Virus record (IMG/VR): IMGVR_UViG_3300043446_003110 | DNA from: a virus | Strand: one strand, 5' to 3' | DNA length: 64,000 bases | Shown here: piece by piece, positions 20,638 to 31,270 of the stretch | How positions within the stretch are numbered: position 1 is the first letter of the stretch | Layout of the letters: every line of letters begins with the position of its first letter | The notes under the pieces: model-generated | Databases searched by the model: none | What the model was told of the DNA's origin: nothing | What the model saw: the letters and a program-made list of their open reading frames with translations, nothing else | Translations under genes and position numbers: made by a program

Positions 20638-23600
20638 TTATGAATTACAACAAGAGCAAGATGTATCCTCTGAACTAATCCATATTGGTTTATACTCACT
20701 ATTGACTTGAGCAGCTATAACGTATGCACCAGTTTGAACAACTAAGCTTGTATCGCGATTAGTTATGAATATAACCCCAGAATCGGCCCATAGATAATCT
20801 TTGGGTATCATAATACCGCTTGTTTTTTGACCAATTGATGGCGCTGGCAACCCAGTGGGCATAAAACCTTCAATAAACAGAGTTTCTATGTTTTTTGCTA
20901 TTTTTATACCGCTATTTCCCAAATCTATACCACTATTAGCTAATAATGTATTTGTCTGTATTGGCTTAGTGCTTCCAATATATGTTCCATCAGCGAACTG
21001 TATATTGCCTTTGATTTGAAGATTTCCATTTAATCTCGCGTATGGTTGCGGAGGTAAATCGGAAAGTTGTCCGCTAGTTGGGAACCAAAAATAGTCATTA
21101 TACTTCACATTACTATTGGTTATGATGGTTGGATATCTCCAATCGCCAGCATATACCGAAGACGCAGCATTATGATCTAATGTTAATAAATTGCTTGATT
21201 TATTACCAATAAAAGTGAAAGTTAAGGTATTTTCTGGATAATCACTGCCGCCACTATCTATAATTTCAATAACATTAGACTTAATGCATAAGCCTTCTGT
21301 ATTATCATTATTATTTATATATAGTTTTCCACCACTTGGTAATATGAGTCGCTTATCATTGTTAGTGGGTCCAAGCTTACCTTCTAACAAAACAATGTTT
21401 TCAGTATATCCAAGAGCAAAATTATAAGATCCACTTACAGAATTGCCAACCCCATTATTTCCTATAATGATATTTCCACTAGTATTGATTAATTCTGACT
21501 GTCTGTTAAAAGATAGATTACCAATAACAATATTATTGTATGAATTCACTAGTCCGCTACCGGCGTATTTACCAATTATTAAATTATTGTTACCACTAAC
21601 CAATGTATCTAAAGCATTTGTGCCAATTGATATATTTCCAGAGCCAGATCTGAATCGATATAACGATCTATATCCATAAGATGTATTGTCTATTACTGCG
21701 TCATTGATATTGAATCTTCCAGATGGAGACTCATATCCAGCAAATGTATTTCCACTTGAGTTTGTAAATACTGCTCTGCCATCTATGCTATCATTCTTAT
21801 TTACAACTAAATTGAAAGAATTTCCAGAACTGTCCATGAAAACAAGATTATTGTGTTGCTTGGCATGGAATTGATCATTTTTAATATTGTATATCTTACC
21901 ATAACCACTTGATGGTATAACATTTATATCAGTAATGTATTGACTATCTTTCAGTGATATAGCTGGAATATTGCGCATTCCAGAGTGACCAATAGTAATG
22001 ACTTCATTAGTTATACCGCTTGAGAATATTCCCATTGTTCCACTATCAGTTATTCTGATAGCGTTGGTCTTGAGTTCATTTTTGTATATATTAAAATCAG
22101 CAATACCACTATTATTTAAATAAGCAATTTCTAGCCCGCTAGATAAACAATTATTGCCACCCAATAATTCGATAGAAGCTTTATAGTAACCGTTGCTTTC
22201 GGCGGTGAATCTAGCAACACAATCATTTTTAGATCTCACATTGAAGATGGTATTTGGCAAAACATATTCTGTATATTCTGGTATATTTGTAACAGAAAGA
22301 ACAGCACCATCGGTTGAGTCTTTCATCAAAATCAAACCGTTTACAAAATTAGATGTATTGTTATATGAACCAAAAACTAATCTATCATTCAGCCGGGTAT
22401 TGTTAAAATTATCAATATATTTGATTTCAAAACCACAGAGTTTATCTTTGTTATTATTAGTAATATCTTTTATTCTAGATTTTGTTCCAGTTAAAAATCT
22501 TTGACTAACATTAACACCTGACTCTAATGAAGAAATAGATAGGCTATAATCATTAGCTTCACCAGAATTAGAAATAAAATTTACATTTCCTATGCCAGCT
22601 ATGTGGCCCTCTGATAAACTTGGATTAATATTTAATATTTTTTTACGAGAAATATATGAACGTCCAGTTTTGAAGAATAAACCAAAACAATCTCCATTAT
22701 TCAAAGATGATATATCATAGGATATAATATTATTTGTTTGAATATATCTATCACTTGGCACTTTAAAATTTATATTGCTATACCATGTGGCATTGAAATC
22801 TCCAGCAAAACATGGCACACCTTCTGATTGTGGTTGAAAAGAAATTTTATATTCTTTTAAACTAAAAACATCTGGGCTAGATTGATAAGTAGTTGTTGAC
22901 TTTAAGAGTATACCGCCATCATTTAATTGATCGTCACTTAATATTGGCATTCCACCATTATTTGTTGCAAGATAAAGTATTTTATTGGTATAAACTGAGC
23001 TTTGTAGAGTTATTAATTCATTGATTGTGGCTCTGCCAGTTACAACTAAATCTTTAAAATATCCAGAACACCAAGAGTATACAGGTGAACCAAAATTGTA
23101 TTTTTCAGTAGTACTTGGATAAATGCTATTATTTGAAATAAGCAATGAAGTACCACTGGAAAAAATGGATGATAGATTGCTAAACTCAATAGATTTTGAA
23201 AGATATAAATTTTTCCATGGATATAAACTGTGTCCTAAAGTGCTAATATCGCCGCCAGAGGGCAAAATATTTCCACCAACATGTAATATTCCATAATTAT
23301 TTAAAATTCTTGTGCCAATTCCAAGTTTTATGCTAGATAGATCGCCATAAATCAGTGGCATCCACCCGTCGCCATGTGGATTATCACATATATGTTGCTC
23401 ATCTACTGGATGATAACCAATAAACAATTGATGGCTGGTATTTTTTGATGTATAGTATCCAGCGCCATGACCTATAGCTATATTGCCTTGGCCAGACTTA
23501 TTGTTATTTAAAGCAAAATTTCCAATACCAATATTGAGATGACCAACTGTATTGCCGCCTAATGCATTGTAACCTACTCCAATATTTCCTTCTCCATACA

Positions 23601-23934
23601 CATTACAGGATAAGGATTGAGATCCAACGGCGGTATTTTTTGAGCTTTGATAGCTTGATCTTAGAGCATAATTTCCTATAGCAGTATTGTCGGAACTAGT
23701 AGATCCAACCGTAGTTTTGAAATTTTCTAAAGCGGATTGACCAACTACAGTATTACCGGTAGGAAATGTGGCAAAGTTTAGACTTTTTAAGTCATTTGAA
23801 AGAGTAAGATTATGTATAGAATCTACAATATCTATAAGATTATGTCTAATATCATACGGACTTATTTGACCATATGACTGATCAGAAATTTCTGCGTTGA
23901 TATTATTAAGAAGCTGGGACTTGCTTAATATCAT
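20638..23934 (-). CDS. Large fibre/adhesin-like structural protein
   Basis: 1098 aa; two blocks of NTAIG/NIGIG/NIAIG repeats (YadA-head-like beta-roll); N-terminus resembles that of 14921..15892 (DQSYGQISPYDIR vs DNNAGEISAADVR). Confidence 0.7.
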   Translation of the reverse strand: MILSKSQLLNNINAEISDQSYGQISPYDIRHNLIDIVDSIHNLTLSNDLKSLNFATFPTGNTVVGQSALENFKTTVGSTSSDNTAIGNYALRSSYQSSKNTAVGSQSLSCNVYGEGNIGVGYNALGGNTVGHLNIGIGNFALNNNKSGQGNIAIGHGAGYYTSKNTSHQLFIGYHPVDEQHICDNPHGDGWMPLIYGDLSSIKLGIGTRILNNYGILHVGGNILPSGGDISTLGHSLYPWKNLYLSKSIEFSNLSSIFSSGTSLLISNNSIYPSTTEKYNFGSPVYSWCSGYFKDLVVTGRATINELITLQSSVYTNKILYLATNNGGMPILSDDQLNDGGILLKSTTTYQSSPDVFSLKEYKISFQPQSEGVPCFAGDFNATWYSNINFKVPSDRYIQTNNIISYDISSLNNGDCFGLFFKTGRSYISRKKILNINPSLSEGHIAGIGNVNFISNSGEANDYSLSISSLESGVNVSQRFLTGTKSRIKDITNNNKDKLCGFEIKYIDNFNNTRLNDRLVFGSYNNTSNFVNGLILMKDSTDGAVLSVTNIPEYTEYVLPNTIFNVRSKNDCVARFTAESNGYYKASIELLGGNNCLSSGLEIAYLNNSGIADFNIYKNELKTNAIRITDSGTMGIFSSGITNEVITIGHSGMRNIPAISLKDSQYITDINVIPSSGYGKIYNIKNDQFHAKQHNNLVFMDSSGNSFNLVVNKNDSIDGRAVFTNSSGNTFAGYESPSGRFNINDAVIDNTSYGYRSLYRFRSGSGNISIGTNALDTLVSGNNNLIIGKYAGSGLVNSYNNIVIGNLSFNRQSELINTSGNIIIGNNGVGNSVSGSYNFALGYTENIVLLEGKLGPTNNDKRLILPSGGKLYINNNDNTEGLCIKSNVIEIIDSGGSDYPENTLTFTFIGNKSSNLLTLDHNAASSVYAGDWRYPTIITNSNVKYNDYFWFPTSGQLSDLPPQPYARLNGNLQIKGNIQFADGTYIGSTKPIQTNTLLANSGIDLGNSGIKIAKNIETLFIEGFMPTGLPAPSIGQKTSGIMIPKDYLWADSGVIFITNRDTSLVVQTGAYVIAAQVNSEYKPIWISSEDTSCSCCNS

Positions 23935-23946
23935 TTTAAGTTCCAG

Positions 23947-24648
23947 TTATTTTAGACTGATTTCTAACGAATTACTATCAAATCTTATATTATCTCCTAA
24001 AAATACATATCGTGGATTTGCTAACGGTGCATACATCAATAATTTGCCAGAACCAACAGTGCCATGGTCAACTATTGCAATGCCAGAAACCCAGCCCCAT
24101 TCAGTCAATGCTGTATCAAATACAAGTTGATTTTTATTTCGAATAAATCCATTACCTTCATAATCTTGATACATAGACTTAACTAATACACCCGAGTTGA
24201 ATGAATTAATTGCATTTGGAGCATAAAATTTAACAGAAGGAAATTCTGCAAATTGATATTCTGTACTCGTTTCTGCTCCACCGGCAGCTTTACTAACGGT
24301 ATTGGCTACCGTTGAACTAAGATAGAGTGGATAAAAATATGATGGAGTATTGTCGTGCCTTCTTCCAGAAACGCTATATGCTGTTGCGTTATCTAAACCA
24401 ACAAGATTCCAAGTAGCATCTCCGTTAGAAGCTGGAGGCCCAAGAGAAATACGCTTATAATTTGTTGGAACCCAATCGTATCCACTATAAACTCCAGATG
24501 GCAATTCCAAAATAGTTTCACCAGTGTCAGAATCTCTAGGCACACCGCTAGTTAAAGCAATTGCTATTGTGGCTGGTCTGGGAAAAGCAGTATTTCTAAA
24601 GAGGTGACTTAGAAGACCAGACTCAAGATAATCCGATAGTGCGGCCAT
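23947..24648 (-). CDS. Virion structural protein
   Basis: MAALSDYLE...IALT...WGWVSGIAIVD...GKLL pattern common in phage structural proteins; preceded by late promoter. Confidence 0.6.
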   Translation of the reverse strand: MAALSDYLESGLLSHLFRNTAFPRPATIAIALTSGVPRDSDTGETILELPSGVYSGYDWVPTNYKRISLGPPASNGDATWNLVGLDNATAYSVSGRRHDNTPSYFYPLYLSSTVANTVSKAAGGAETSTEYQFAEFPSVKFYAPNAINSFNSGVLVKSMYQDYEGNGFIRNKNQLVFDTALTEWGWVSGIAIVDHGTVGSGKLLMYAPLANPRYVFLGDNIRFDSNSLEISLK

Positions 24649-24699
24649 ATATTTCTCCTATTCTTATCCTTAAATAACGTTATCTACTCTATTATACAC

Positions 24700-24733
24700 A
24701 AAAAAGCCACCCCCAATCTCTTGAGGATGGCTT
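24700..24733 (-). terminator. Intrinsic terminator after major capsid gene
   Basis: AAGCCATCCTCAA-GAGA-TTGGGGGTGGCTT plus U-run, running directly into a GTGTATA promoter motif. Confidence 0.8.
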
Positions 24734-24760
24734 AATTGTGATTGATATTTATAGACTATA

Positions 24761-25768
24761 TCAGAAAGAACCAAGAATGATTCTACGATTGTCTAGAACA
24801 CCAAAGCCAAGTTCAGCCCAACCGTAATAGCCAGCGCGCTGCTGACGATGTAGAGTTGGATCTTCGAAGACCTGTAGCTGTTGCTTAACGGGCATTACGA
24901 AGCTATCGTTCATTGACTGATCAAGGCCAACAACGAGTTCAACGTCGCTTGTCTGAACAGCGCCGCCAAGGTCGCTAGTTACAAAGTTTTGGTACTGTTG
25001 ACCTTCGCCTAGTTCATCTAGGTCATGAAGATTAACACCAAATACTCTTGTGATTACCGAACCGTCTGGAGCGGCATTGTAGATTTCGCGACGAGTAACA
25101 TCGTCAACTTGATCTAGACCCCAATTACGAATATCTTCTAAAGCTTCGGGCGATAGATAGATATCTGTTAAGCGACCACGACCAACTGATGCAGAGTTAC
25201 CGCCCGAGTTACGACGCATCACTGTTTGCATTAGTGATACTAGTCTCTTTGAGAATAGACCAGCTGTTGCATCAGCGTCATAAACTAGGATGTTACGATC
25301 AACGCCAGCGGCTAGAATTGTGTGCCAGCCATCGTCGTTCATCTTCTTGGTAAAGCCAGCTTCCATCACCTGCATAGCGCGACCAACGATATCCCATCTG
25401 GCTTCGCGGGCAAAACGAAGTAGATAGTCAACCGATGAAGCGATTGTGTAGGTTGGAATCATTACGTAGTCGCCTTCGACTGAACGCTCTGGAATCCTAC
25501 CATGGCCGGGATTGGTGTAAGCAACATGCTCACCTTCTAGGCCGGGAGAGATAAGATCAAGAGGAAATTCAGTTGTTGAACCGGCTTCCACGTTGATGGT
25601 TTCAAAGATATTACCGAGGATATTACCACCTAAAACGCCCTTACGAAGAGGGAGTTCCAAAGCTTTGGCAAACTCGCGTTGAGCGGCCATTGCTACATTG
25701 ATATCGGCATCCCCTGACTTGCGTAGGAGAGCGATAAAGTCATCGCTAGGTCTTTCAGTTATTGGCAT
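24761..25768 (-). CDS. Major capsid protein (HK97 fold presumed)
   Basis: 335 aa after protease/scaffold and decoration genes; C-terminal GYYGWAELGFGVLDNRRI; followed by strong terminator. Confidence 0.85.
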   Translation of the reverse strand: MPITERPSDDFIALLRKSGDADINVAMAAQREFAKALELPLRKGVLGGNILGNIFETINVEAGSTTEFPLDLISPGLEGEHVAYTNPGHGRIPERSVEGDYVMIPTYTIASSVDYLLRFAREARWDIVGRAMQVMEAGFTKKMNDDGWHTILAAGVDRNILVYDADATAGLFSKRLVSLMQTVMRRNSGGNSASVGRGRLTDIYLSPEALEDIRNWGLDQVDDVTRREIYNAAPDGSVITRVFGVNLHDLDELGEGQQYQNFVTSDLGGAVQTSDVELVVGLDQSMNDSFVMPVKQQLQVFEDPTLHRQQRAGYYGWAELGFGVLDNRRIILGSF

Positions 25769-25795
25769 GTTTAATTCTCCTTTGTTATATTATGA

Positions 25796-26263
25796 TCAGG
25801 GGAGGTTTACTTCTACTTTGGCATAACCATCGGCATCCTTACTGGTAAGGAAACGACCAACGGCTAGTACGCCAGAACTACCGGGGCTATCGCCACGAAG
25901 ATTGCCAGCATTTACATGGCAAGCATAAGCGAGTGAACCGGCAGATGGTGAACCAGTGATATTGTTTGTTACAACGTAACCCTTGCGGAGTACTGTAACC
26001 TTGCCACCCTTCTGTACTTCATCCTTATACTGATTAAGGTGGGTACGGGTTAGATCCTTGTTTACTACATCGTTTAGTAAAATACCAACTGGAACAGTTG
26101 CCGATGTAGCGGCAGCATACTTAACAAGATTTACACCTTGATCCATAGCTGCGCCAGAACCGGCTGTATCATGTACAACGACGCCACCGCGAGTAGCAGT
26201 TCCGGCATTGTAGAAGAAACTGATATCAGTTTGAAACTCATATCTATCTGCTTTTAGGGCCAT
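25796..26263 (-). CDS. Capsid decoration/cement protein
   Basis: 155 aa, PVGILLNDV...VGRFLT pattern, between scaffold and MCP. Confidence 0.65.
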   Translation of the reverse strand: MALKADRYEFQTDISFFYNAGTATRGGVVVHDTAGSGAAMDQGVNLVKYAAATSATVPVGILLNDVVNKDLTRTHLNQYKDEVQKGGKVTVLRKGYVVTNNITGSPSAGSLAYACHVNAGNLRGDSPGSSGVLAVGRFLTSKDADGYAKVEVNLP

Positions 26264-26280
26264 AGTTTTTCTCCTTTATA

Positions 26281-27690
26281 TCACTTACGTAAAACGTTAT
26301 TTGTTAGCCACTCTGCCACACTAGCTCTTGTGGCCTCGACTTCATCGACTTCATCAGAAGCAGCTACTAGAGTGGCTTCTGTTGTTTTTACTTCTTCGAA
26401 GATTTGTTCTGTAGTCTCTTCGGCTACAGATGCCTTGGGATTATCTTCTTCCATTGGCTCATCTTCTTGAATTTTTTCTTGGAACTTCTTCTTTGGCTGA
26501 TCGCCCATCTTCTTAACTTTGGCTAACTGCTTTTCATGCATATTTACAACAGCATCAAAAGCATCATCAGCTAAAGCATCATAAAGAGAAAGAGCTTCTT
26601 CGATTTCGTCGCCCTCAAAACCAGCATAGCCTAGTTTTTCTTTGCGAGCCTTCATTTTCTCTTTCTTCTTCATATCTTCCATTTCTTTATTCATACCAGC
26701 TAATTCTTTTTGTAAATTAGCAAGGGTTTCTTCTAATGTTGCTACTTTTGAAGCATAAGCTTGAAGTTCAGTTTCTTTAGCAGCTAAAGTAGCTTCTAAA
26801 TCAGAAACCTGAGTATCGACTTTTACTTCTTCAACAACAGTTGCAGCTTGCTCTGCCACTGTGGCAACTTCTAGCTGCTTCTCTTCGTTAGTATCTGACA
26901 TATTAACTTCTCCTTCTAAAACATTGGAAATAGTTTGTTCTTCTTTAACAGAGAAAGCTTTGCTAGAATCAAGAATGATACTTCTTGGATTTGCTGGTCT
27001 AGATACTAAACCTTTACCAGAAAATGAAATATCTCTTAATAATCTACCAATTTGATAGCCTTCGTATTCTCCTGTACCACCATACGCTCTTAAGTGTTTG
27101 GTTAAAAATGCTGACTCTTCGCTTCGGGCTACTACTTTGGTTAAACCACCGGTATCCTTTACAGCATAATCAAATCCGGCAAATAGACATTCCATAGAAA
27201 CGAACCATTTGCCCTCTTCTATCTCTGATATAATCTTTCTCATCCTCTCTCTGTTTTCTGGATTTGTCCAGCTATTATAAATTACAGCTTCTGTTACTAT
27301 ATCGAATTCAGATGGTGTAGCATCATTTTCAGATGCGCCGATTTTATTTCCATCGTGATCAATAACATAACATCCAGTAATATGTCCTATTATATCGTTT
27401 TCATTATGCATTAAGTTGAATTGTTTATCTTCTGGGGTACTGCGAGCCGCCCAAGTTTGAGCAGGATCAAAAACATCATCGTTTTTATTCCACCCAGTAG
27501 AAACTAATATAGATTTGATATAGTATAAATCTATTTGATTTGGATTACTTGATGCTTTTACTTTATCAAGTAACTTTTTAATTTGATTAGTTTCATTACT
27601 CAAAACAGCTGGAGAACAATAAGCAACAGTAGTATCGCTATTGATACGTTCTTCTAGGCCGTCAGCTATTTCTTGTGCATATATTTTCAT
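26281..27690 (-). CDS. Prohead protease fused to scaffold-like coiled coil
   Basis: NKNDDVF...FNLMH...IIGH...VSMEC...FSGKGLVSRPANPRS followed by acidic coiled coil; ATG 27690 with GAGG RBS. Confidence 0.75.
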   Translation of the reverse strand: MKIYAQEIADGLEERINSDTTVAYCSPAVLSNETNQIKKLLDKVKASSNPNQIDLYYIKSILVSTGWNKNDDVFDPAQTWAARSTPEDKQFNLMHNENDIIGHITGCYVIDHDGNKIGASENDATPSEFDIVTEAVIYNSWTNPENRERMRKIISEIEEGKWFVSMECLFAGFDYAVKDTGGLTKVVARSEESAFLTKHLRAYGGTGEYEGYQIGRLLRDISFSGKGLVSRPANPRSIILDSSKAFSVKEEQTISNVLEGEVNMSDTNEEKQLEVATVAEQAATVVEEVKVDTQVSDLEATLAAKETELQAYASKVATLEETLANLQKELAGMNKEMEDMKKKEKMKARKEKLGYAGFEGDEIEEALSLYDALADDAFDAVVNMHEKQLAKVKKMGDQPKKKFQEKIQEDEPMEEDNPKASVAEETTEQIFEEVKTTEATLVAASDEVDEVEATRASVAEWLTNNVLRK

Positions 27691-27796
27691 ATTTTCCTCA
27701 TGGTGTCTCTCACAGATAATATACACAAAAACTTTATAATAACGTTAAATACTTAACTTTATGGATATTTTTGTATATGTGAAATTATATTCAAAA

Positions 27797-27973
27797 TTAG
27801 ACAATATTTTCTGCATTTAATGATTGTAAATAATTTTCAACTACAATATTGACTTCTTCTTGAGTTGGATAGTGATCAAATTTAAAAAATTGAGTTGAAT
27901 TTTCATCAACCACTACTCGTACTCTGTATTTGTCAGCAGGATCAAGAAAAACTTCAGTAATTTTGTAATTCAT
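27797..27973 (-). CDS. Small hypothetical protein (58 aa)
   Basis: Manual translation MNYKITEVFLDPADKYRVRVVV...NIV*, AGGTG RBS. Confidence 0.6.
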   Translation of the reverse strand: MNYKITEVFLDPADKYRVRVVVDENSTQFFKFDHYPTQEEVNIVVENYLQSLNAENIV

Positions 27974-27981
27974 ATTTCACC

Positions 27982-30900
27982 TTATGCTTGTATTATAGTA
28001 AGATCATCAATATAGCCTGTATATGTAGTGCCGCCCCAACATTCTGCTAATATTTCAACAACACCATCCTCTGTTGGAGTAAAACTTAGTGATACTTGCT
28101 CCCATGTATCAGAAGCGGCCGTCATATAACTAATTACGTCGCTAGATACTCCAGCTATTTGTCCACCCTTCAATCTTAATCTCATAACTAAACCAGAGTT
28201 TGTACGCCTCATCCATGCTTTAAAAGTAACAAGACTATTAGCACTAACAGCAACTTTACTTATCGGAAATCCTAATGGGTAATTATCTCTTCTATAATCT
28301 GTGTTAGGAGCCATACTCCAAGCATATCCACTGTTAGTGCGTCTAACACTAGTTTGTGGACGTATTAATCCACCATCAGTATATATATACCAATTATTAC
28401 TTGTATTATCATGATTAGAGCAATATATCCTTCCATCTGCTTGACCATAAAATCCAAATTCTGTACTTTCATTAATCAAACAATTATTTAAATATATAGT
28501 TCCACCAAAGCTATAAAAAGCATTACTAATATTTCCTGAAGTTGTACAATTATTAAAAGTATCATTAAATGATAAACCTTGTGTTCTATACGCTTCTAAT
28601 TGATTATTTATAAATTGACAACTATTCCAAGTATTATTAGATCCTCCAGCGCTAGCAAGCATACCATATCCACCATTATTATTAAAATAACAACTATTCC
28701 AGATATTATTATTATATGTACTTAAGTCTAAACCTCTTAAATTATTATTAAGAAAATAACAATTAGTAAATTTATGCATATTAAAACCAAAATCTCCAGC
28801 TAATCCTATATAATTATTATTACAAAATACATTTTCAAATTTACAAAACATACTTGCTGTTGGTAAATTAAAATGATTAGTTGTTGCTGTAAGATAAAAA
28901 TCTTTAAAATAACAAAACCAAGAATTTTGAACATATAATCTGTCATATCTAGTAAATCCTAATTTTTTAAAACTCCATCCAGATCTACTAGATTGTGAAA
29001 TACCATAACCTAATCCATTAACACCATCGTAAAAAGTTATTCCACTTTGAGTACTCATATTTGTTCTGTCATAACCGCCTTCAACACTTATATTTGGAGT
29101 AAAATGACTAGCCGAGTCATTAATTATATGAACACCATTACCAGCAGCACTCTGCGGTGGGGTTTTAATAGTTTCTCTTTTATATGTTGTTATGGTTTCA
29201 GTAGTTCCATAATATCCTTTTGGAAAGTTTCCTTGAGTAGATAAAATGGGTACTGTGGCTAGTCTTCCGTCTATAATAACTCTGGTTCCAACTATACTTT
29301 GTATCGGATACCAACTTTCATTCGTAGTATTTTTACCAACGAGAGATGTTAAACTTAATGAATCGGCACTTGAACTAGATTTACAGGCAATTATATTACT
29401 TAAAAGTATTGTTTGAGCGCCAAGGTCACTTGTGGCATATAAAGCCACGCTTTGTATACTATTACCAAGATTAGATCCTAGGTCTATAGTAAATGGATGC
29501 CAACAGTTTAATGTTCCTAGAGCTGGAATATTAAAAGTATTTACAGCGGTTGCTCCAGCTGTATCACTACATAATTTTAATTGTAGTTGACCGCTGGTTG
29601 CTACTGATCCTGCTGTTTGATGTATGTAAAAGCTTAATTGTTGATATCCACTTAAATCTTTGGCAGAAAATGATTTATAAGCTACTAATCCTGTAGTAAA
29701 AGCAGCACCAATTGATATACTATCGGATACATTTCCCTGTTTAGTAGTAGCTGATGTTGTAGCAGTATTGTTGGTTGTTGCTGTCCATGCTGTACGCCCT
29801 TCTCCAATATTTCCATGACTAGCAATATTTTCAGTCAGAGCCGATGCTAGCCTAACTACACAATTTGTTGCTTTTCTTGATGTTCCTGCTGCTCCTCCGA
29901 CACCATTTCCAGTAGAGCCGGTTAATGTAAAAGTTGTAGAACCAGTAACAGTAATTTCCCATGTTCCGTTAGCATTGGTATTCGTGGTATGATCGCATAT
30001 AAATACAGTATCTCCTGTCGAATATCCATGAGCCGACGATGTGGTTATCGCTATGGGGGTAGCATTAGTTGACGATGCTATAGAAATTGTTGGAAAAGAT
30101 CCTGTTCCACTCCATGTGGCGTTGCCAATACTAGTTGGGTCTGGACTAGCTTTAGTCCTAATAATATCTCCACCAACTAATCTAGCAGCAGTTAAACCAC
30201 TTGTGAATGTTTGTATGCGACCACCAATATAATATTGTCTAGCACTTGTGTTAGCCAATGCTGTTCCACCGCTCAATGCTGCTATAGTTAAACTAGTACT
30301 ATTAATTCTAGCTATTATATGATAATAAGCATATATAGTTCCATTAAATATGCTTAGTATTTGTCCAGGAGGAGTCTCATAACTGGAAACAGAACTTGCT
30401 GCTTCAATTTGAACAGCAGTAAAATATATTCCCTTTGTTGGATCACCATCATAATTAACGTTAGCAGCATCTAAGCCACTATAGCTATCTTGTTCCATAT
30501 AAAATGCAAATAAATCACCGCTTGCCGATGCTGATGAAGTAATAGTCATACTTAATCTATACCATCCATTTCCAGCATCACTTATTGCGGCTGATGCGCT
30601 GGCTCCTGTTGCCTCAACTGTTCCATTAGATAGATTAAATCGTGCTGATTTTGCAGTATCATTCGTCCATTGAAAAATAATTTTATTTCTACCATTGCTT
30701 TTTATATAAACAGAACAAGTATATTGCGTACTATTTGCTATGGTAAAATTATAATTAGTTCTGACTGAATGGGTTGTGAGTGATGGATATTCTTGTAGAT
30801 AATAAATATAAGAACTTAATCCTGTTGGTCCAGTTATATTATCATCAACATAATAATCTAAACTTAGTAATCGACATCCATTATAGCTACCATACCCAAA

Positions 30901-31086
30901 CCAAAAATTACTATACCAACAAATATTTTTTAATGGAGCAATAGTATTGTCGTTGGGGAAATTGGCTGTTGCGGAACTAAAGGTTGAGGACGTTATAGCT
31001 CCATCGCTGCCAGAGGCTAATAAATTAAAACTAGTACCTCCATAATTATCGTTCCCACTTTCATAATCTAAATAAAAAGTTGTCAT
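27982..31086 (-). CDS. Mosaic receptor/carbohydrate-binding protein with beta-helix
   Basis: 1034 aa; GNGWYRL CBM-like domain, TNATPIAITTSSAHG (E1 FCCH-like) domain, parallel beta-helix repeats (NCYFLNNN, SCYFNNN). Confidence 0.6.
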   Translation of the reverse strand: MTTFYLDYESGNDNYGGTSFNLLASGSDGAITSSTFSSATANFPNDNTIAPLKNICWYSNFWFGYGSYNGCRLLSLDYYVDDNITGPTGLSSYIYYLQEYPSLTTHSVRTNYNFTIANSTQYTCSVYIKSNGRNKIIFQWTNDTAKSARFNLSNGTVEATGASASAAISDAGNGWYRLSMTITSSASASGDLFAFYMEQDSYSGLDAANVNYDGDPTKGIYFTAVQIEAASSVSSYETPPGQILSIFNGTIYAYYHIIARINSTSLTIAALSGGTALANTSARQYYIGGRIQTFTSGLTAARLVGGDIIRTKASPDPTSIGNATWSGTGSFPTISIASSTNATPIAITTSSAHGYSTGDTVFICDHTTNTNANGTWEITVTGSTTFTLTGSTGNGVGGAAGTSRKATNCVVRLASALTENIASHGNIGEGRTAWTATTNNTATTSATTKQGNVSDSISIGAAFTTGLVAYKSFSAKDLSGYQQLSFYIHQTAGSVATSGQLQLKLCSDTAGATAVNTFNIPALGTLNCWHPFTIDLGSNLGNSIQSVALYATSDLGAQTILLSNIIACKSSSSADSLSLTSLVGKNTTNESWYPIQSIVGTRVIIDGRLATVPILSTQGNFPKGYYGTTETITTYKRETIKTPPQSAAGNGVHIINDSASHFTPNISVEGGYDRTNMSTQSGITFYDGVNGLGYGISQSSRSGWSFKKLGFTRYDRLYVQNSWFCYFKDFYLTATTNHFNLPTASMFCKFENVFCNNNYIGLAGDFGFNMHKFTNCYFLNNNLRGLDLSTYNNNIWNSCYFNNNGGYGMLASAGGSNNTWNSCQFINNQLEAYRTQGLSFNDTFNNCTTSGNISNAFYSFGGTIYLNNCLINESTEFGFYGQADGRIYCSNHDNTSNNWYIYTDGGLIRPQTSVRRTNSGYAWSMAPNTDYRRDNYPLGFPISKVAVSANSLVTFKAWMRRTNSGLVMRLRLKGGQIAGVSSDVISYMTAASDTWEQVSLSFTPTEDGVVEILAECWGGTTYTGYIDDLTIIQA

Positions 31087-31265
31087 CCTTTAACTCCTAT
31101 ATATGGTTGCGCTTGGTATACAACATCCATATTTTTAGTTTCTTGATTTTTTGTTACAACTTCAACATATGGCTGTGCCTTATATACATAATCCATAGTT
31201 TGTAATTGTGTTTTAGTTAATAGTCTATTTGGTCCCTTTAATAAATTTATTCTTTTATTAAACAT
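31083..31265 (-). CDS. Small protein with internal duplicated motif
   Basis: MDYVYKAQPY / MDVVYQAQPY repeat. Confidence 0.55.
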   Translation of the reverse strand: MFNKRINLLKGPNRLLTKTQLQTMDYVYKAQPYVEVVTKNQETKNMDVVYQAQPYIGVKG

Positions 31266-31270
31266 AGCTA